64,000 nucleotides of DNA from Felis catus (Eukaryota): the NCBI RefSeq assembly GCF_018350175.1, contig NC_058374.1, forward strand, positions 136,586,001 through 136,650,000. The letters run 5' to 3'. A program made the position numbers and the translations under genes. Positions 59,114 to 64,000 of this stretch are shown here, piece by piece (within the stretch, counting starts at the first letter, position 1; the number at the start of each line of letters is the position of its first letter). The notes beneath the pieces are model-generated. The model worked only from the letters and a program-made list of their open reading frames with translations. It was not told the origin of the DNA and did not search any database.

Positions 59114-61691
59114 CTGGAGGGAGAGAAGCCCAGGGGGCGGGGCTCAGGGGAAGCCCGAGGGCCAGCCCCGCTCCCCAGGCCGCACCTGCTGCCCAAGACC
59201 GCACACGTGGCCGCCAAGGGCAGAGCCCCGGCGAGCAGGACGCCCAGGAACAGGCAGGACAGGCAAGCAAGAGCGCCAGCACGGGCGGGGTAACCCCTGG
59301 GAGCAAGGTGGCTCCGGGTGCCTCTTCTGGCCCCCGTGTGCGGACCCCACTCTGCACAGGCTCTCAGCTCCGGGTCCCCGGCGAGCCCAAAGCTATCCCA
59401 TCACGATCCCACCTGACCTCTCCGAAGAAACAAACGCAGCGGGCCGGCGCCTCTCCTCAAGACCGTGGTCGTCTTACTCTGGCGGAATCGGCCTGCTGCC
59501 CATTCCCCATCCCCCCACCCTGAAACGCTGACTGCCGAGAGCACTGCCTCACACCCCTGCCTGCACTCCCCAGAGGGCCTCATGCCGTCCCCCCACCGAA
59601 GCCAGCCCCACACGCACCCCCACGCCCGTCTGTCAACCCGGGAACACCCGCCGCCCGTCGCCTCCCCGGGACGGGCGGCCCGCAGCAGACGGCCAGCCCG
59701 CCTGCGGCCCCTGCTCGGGCCTCTGCGCCCCTCAGGTTCTGCCACCAAGGTGAGTGAAGAGCTGGCCCTTCGCCCCCGGGGGCACCTCCGGAGCCCCCAT
59801 CGCTCTCTGCTTCGGCCCCACTCACCTGGGCTGGCTCCCACCCTCCCCCTGCTCAACAAAGGAGAACGACCATTCCAGCCTGGATGTCAGACGGCACCCC
59901 CCCCCCCCCACCGCCAAGGCCCTCCGGGGGGGGCCTCCCATCTCCTCAGGGTAAAGTCTTCCCCACGGCCTGCAGGCCGGCCCTCGGCACTCTGTGCCCC
60001 CTCCCACCCCCCCTCTCGGTCCACTGAGCTCCTACTGGCCTCCTGGCAGGTCGGAGCGTGCCAAGCCCACCCCACTGTCTGCACCTGCAAGGCGCCTGCC
60101 TGCAGCCCCTCCCTTCCTCCCTCCCGCAGGTCCTCCGGGGGTGAGGGCTCCCTGACCGGCCACGTCTAACATTCCCACGTGGCCCCCGTCCCCGTGCCGC
60201 GCCACGCCCCTGGACAGTCTGCGCGTTCCTTTAAGGGCCCCCCCTCCCCACCATAAAGACACAGGAGCTTTGCTGCACCAGGAGAGCCGGCACCTGGCCG
60301 TGCTGAATTCACATCTTCTGAAGGGACGGACAAACGCTGGCTGCTGAGTGATCAGAAGAGGACAGCTGGGTCAAGGAAGACTTCCCAGAGGAAGCAGCTT
60401 TGGAGCAAAGGCACTGACGAAAACAGCACGGTGGCTTTTTAAATTCACACAGAAGTAACTCTACCTCTTAACCCACAGGATCCTCCCACCAACCCGAAAG
60501 GGGGGGACCATCACCCCCCCCCACAGATGAGGAACCTGAGGCCAAACCGTGCCCCGGGTCACACAGCCGGTGTGTGGCATCCACCCCATTCCTCCTGGTG
60601 AGGCCCGTTCACCCGACAGCCCAGGGCACCTGCACCGGGGAGTCCACGCCCTTAGAAATCAGTGTGGACACAGTTCCCAAAACGGGCCTCTCCCAGTGAC
60701 ATCTTCAGGACCCATTTTTAGTGCCCCCACAGGCCCCGGCCCGGACAGACGTTCTCCGCACGTTAACACTGACGAATCAGTCCCCAAAGCCCCATCCCGC
60801 CTCCGTAAATACCGACTCGGGAAGGCTGGCCACCTCGGAGCCGGAGGAGGCCCTGCACCTGCCTCCCCGCTGGCCTGTCCCCAGGGGCCCCTCCAGCCCC
60901 TCCTCGTCCACCTCCCGGTCAAGCAACTGGGCCTGGCCTTTCCTAGGCCTCAGCACCAGCTACGGGGGGCCACGCTGCGCGCCTCCCGGCACACAGGACA
61001 CGGTCAGCGGGCAGACCCTGGCCTCTCCAGGGCCAGAGCCAGCTGGCAAGAGGGGACGGAACGGTCACAGGAAACCCCAGCTAGAGAGGACAGCAACGAC
61101 GACACTGGCCAGTCACACGTGGTTCCAGACGCCCCTCTCATAAGCCCCTTCCCGAAGACCAAACTCAGGCTCTACCGTCCACAAGGGTCCGGCCGGGCAC
61201 CAGTGGCACGCATGCCTCTCCCTGCTGCCCGTCCTCTCCATGTCCACTGCCACCACGGGAGGTCCCACCACCCAGCAGGGCCCCGGACGTCAGCAGGAGC
61301 CCAGCAGGCCCCACCACCCACTTTCCCGGCCACCACGGCTGCAGTGACCCTTCCACCTGCCGTGTCCCCGTGGCTCTCGGCTCCTGGGGAGCAGCCCCCC
61401 TGGGCCCTTCTCCTCCCTCTACCCCCTGGCACTCCGGGCTGTGGCCGGGCCTTCCAGCCCCCCCCCCAGAGCTCAGCACCCTCGTGGCCCCAGCTTCACC
61501 AGGCTGCCCTTCTGCCTGACCAGCCTAGACTTGGTCTTCGTTTGGGCCACTGGTCCTAGAAGCCTTCTCGGACACCCCTATCTCATCTGCAGCCCTCCCC
61601 CAACCCCACAGCACCCTGTCCCTCTGTCCTACTACACCTGGTGCCCTGGTGCGACCGGCGGTCTTGCGAGGACAGAGAACACGTCTTAGTT

Positions 61692-62025
61692 ATGTATTAG
61701 TTTCTACGGCCGCCGTGGCTTCAAACGACAGTTACCGTCCCGCGACTCCGGAGGTCAGAAGGCCAACACAGGCTTTGCTGGGCTCAAATCAGGACGACAG
61801 CGCTCCCCCTGTCCAGCTGGAGCCACACTGCTTAACCCCGCCTCCTGCCTCCTCTGCCAGGCATCCCTGTGCACACACAGAGCTCCCTCAGATAATCCAG
61901 AACAATCTCCCACCCGAAGGGCAGCTCTGGCAACCTCCGTCCTCCCCCTCCACGTAAGGCGAAATACCCACAGGTTCGCGGATTAGGACGTGGATACTTC
62001 AGGGGTCATTACTCCACCGACCACA
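61692..62025 (-). mobile_element. MLT1 (MaLR) solo LTR in SULT4A1 intron 1
   Basis: tgtattagtttct...ccggaggtcagaag...agataatccagaacaatctccc...ggattaggacgtggatac...ccgaccaca. Confidence 0.7.
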
Positions 62026-64000
62026 CTCCCATCACACTCCTAACACGGCTCCCGACACAGGCGAGGTGCTGAGTAAGCACACGGGCCTGGACGACGGAAC
62101 GAAGCCGCTCTAAAGTCGCCCCCACCCACCTGGGAAACGGGACTGGTCTTCACCCACACGTCCTCCAGACCCAGGTGGGCTCTCCCCTGAGACCCTCCCG
62201 GCCTGGGCAACCCAGCTCGGAGCGCCTTCCCCCGCTCTGGGACACCCCCTCAGTGGAGCCACGTGTCTCCCACAAGGGATTAGCCCACAGTCCTCACTTG
62301 GGATCTGGTGGTGGCCACCCGAGGGCTATTCCCCCACATGTCCCTCTATTCATTCAAGAAGCCTGCACGGAGAGCCGGCCCGGGGAGTCCCTGCCCCTCC
62401 CCCCTGGAAAAACAGGGCAACACCCCTCTCTTCTTCACGGGGTGGTCGGGGTCAGGGCCACAAGGTGACCTCCTCCAGGCCAGAGAACCTCAAGGCAAAT
62501 GAAGATCTCTCCGAGCTCCCAGCACCACGACAGGCTCCACTCACCAGGGCCACTCACACACGAGGACACTGCACGGCCTCCTGCCCACCCAGGCCACCCT
62601 CGTCCCGACAAGGGACACAAGCTGTCAGGCCCCTCTTGTCGAAACCACGCCCTGGGCGACAGCTACAGCTCACTCCTGCACCAATAAGGCCACGGAATCC
62701 CCCCCTCCACCACCGTGGCCTCCGAGCACGCCCAGCAGACACGGGGGCAAAGCCAGCCCTGTTGAAGCCCAGCCTGTAGCCTGCAGGGAAATGGGGGAGA
62801 AGGCACGGCTCCACTCCGGCAGCCACCGGGCCAAAACGGACGAGCGCAGGCAGGGGTGGGGTGGGGCCTCGGCACCCCCAACCATCCTCCCGTGGTCTGA
62901 GGCCTGGGAGGGAGGCGAGCACGGGAGGAGCCCCGTAGCAGGGGGCAGGCTGACGGCCAGCAGATCCAAGGTGAGGCAGAGGAGAGCCAGGCTTCCAGAC
63001 CAGACACCCGGGAGGGCCGGCCGGGCGGCGTGGCCTTCCCGGGGAGTGACACGAGCCACACGCTTCCCAACAGCTCCATTTTCGAGTCAACTGGATGCGA
63101 GCGATCCTTTCCAGAAGCGCTTCTGCTGATCCCAGCCAAACGGCGGCTCGCACGGCGGAGGTGCACTCTGACGCCGGACCCCTAGGAAGTGTCTGGCATT
63201 GTGGGCGGGACTCCCCAGGAATCGAGGGCCCGCCTGTCACAGCGCGGGGGGTGGAGCCCATCAAAATGCCCACCCAAACTCTGGGGACAGAAGGAACCGG
63301 CACTCTGGCGAGAACCGATCGGGCCTGGGCCCCAAACCACCGGGGCCTTCTTTCATTGTCACTTTTATCACTTCCGAAGGTCAGACGCGCACGGGTCTAA
63401 AAAGTCACAGGACACCGGAAGACGAGTAACAGAAAATTCAGTTCTCCTCCCGGCCCCAGTCCCACCGAGAGCAAACCCTCGGCTGGTTCTTTTACCCTCA
63501 AATGTCCAATGTGCTTAGACAGCTCTCTCACGATCTGCGTGATTTCCAGGGTCTACTGATTTTCAACGGATGAAGACAGGCCCTGGCCAAGTTCACTCAC
63601 AAGCTTCCCTCCTCCCAGTGTGGCCGCGGCATGATTTTTGGTCTTCCCTAGAGTTTAACTGAGTGTTCTGCTCGACACACACCGTATCATGGTCACACTG
63701 ACTTTCTTACACAGGACGTCGACTTTCCCAGAGTAAATCACTGCCTTCGCTTGCTTGCTTCGCTTTCCCCGTAGCCATTGGGGATTCTTTCCGGGACTCT
63801 GTGGCAAGCCCTCTGGGATGCTCTCAGTCCCGCCAATTCCGCTGCCCCCTCCGCTCTCCACGAGCGTCCTCCTGGATCTCCTCAGGCCGGTGCACCTCGT
63901 CCTTAATCCGTGTGCCCTCCCTGCGGTCTTCCCACGCACTGGCTGAGCCCGCCTCCGGCTGCCGCCTGAGTTGGGGACCGAGCAGGACAAGCATCCGTGC

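Noticed and set aside
60549-61559. 336-aa ORF, and other long ORFs in the GC-rich half (55783-56802, 54625-55434, 49561-50355, 53133 etc.)
   Set aside because: Pro/Gly/Ala/Arg-rich with no recognisable domain, overlapping ORFs in several frames, inside SULT4A1 introns; expected from stop-codon scarcity at high GC.

Overview
This is mammalian genomic DNA from a felid: the young SINEs have the Felidae SINEC_Fc signature, and the three N gaps indicate a draft assembly. Two genes lie in tandem on the minus strand, in the order I recall for human 22q13. (1) SULT4A1: coding exons 2-7 are at 58983-59113, 57754-57834, 57120-57246, 52702-52796, 46609-46747 and 43808-43920. All have GT-AG boundaries and a continuous frame, followed by a 3' UTR of about 1.47 kb. 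Exon 1 lies beyond 64000. (2) The 5' end of EFCAB6: a CpG-island promoter with an RFX X-box near 29.55 kb, inferred non-coding exons 1 and 2, and the first coding exon at 4270-4415. The left ~38 kb is repeat-rich, with 18 CAN-SINEs, a TSD-flanked near-full-length L1 carrying a nested L1, old L1/L2/MIR and hAT elements. The right ~26 kb is very GC-rich and has one SINE. The strongest finding is an unannotated poison cassette exon in SULT4A1 intron 6 (45310-45442). It encodes AHCLFAQKTSLRW-stop, has two possible donors and two acceptors, and is flanked by an upstream MBNL/CELF-type motif field and a downstream hairpin. Other leads: a 3-copy CTCF-like/KLF minisatellite between the genes, two 4-codon uORFs in the inferred EFCAB6 exon 2, and a dense set of post-transcriptional motifs in the SULT4A1 3' UTR. 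There is no CRISPR, rRNA or true tRNA gene. I cannot support a wholly new biological system; motif calls are by eye and untested.
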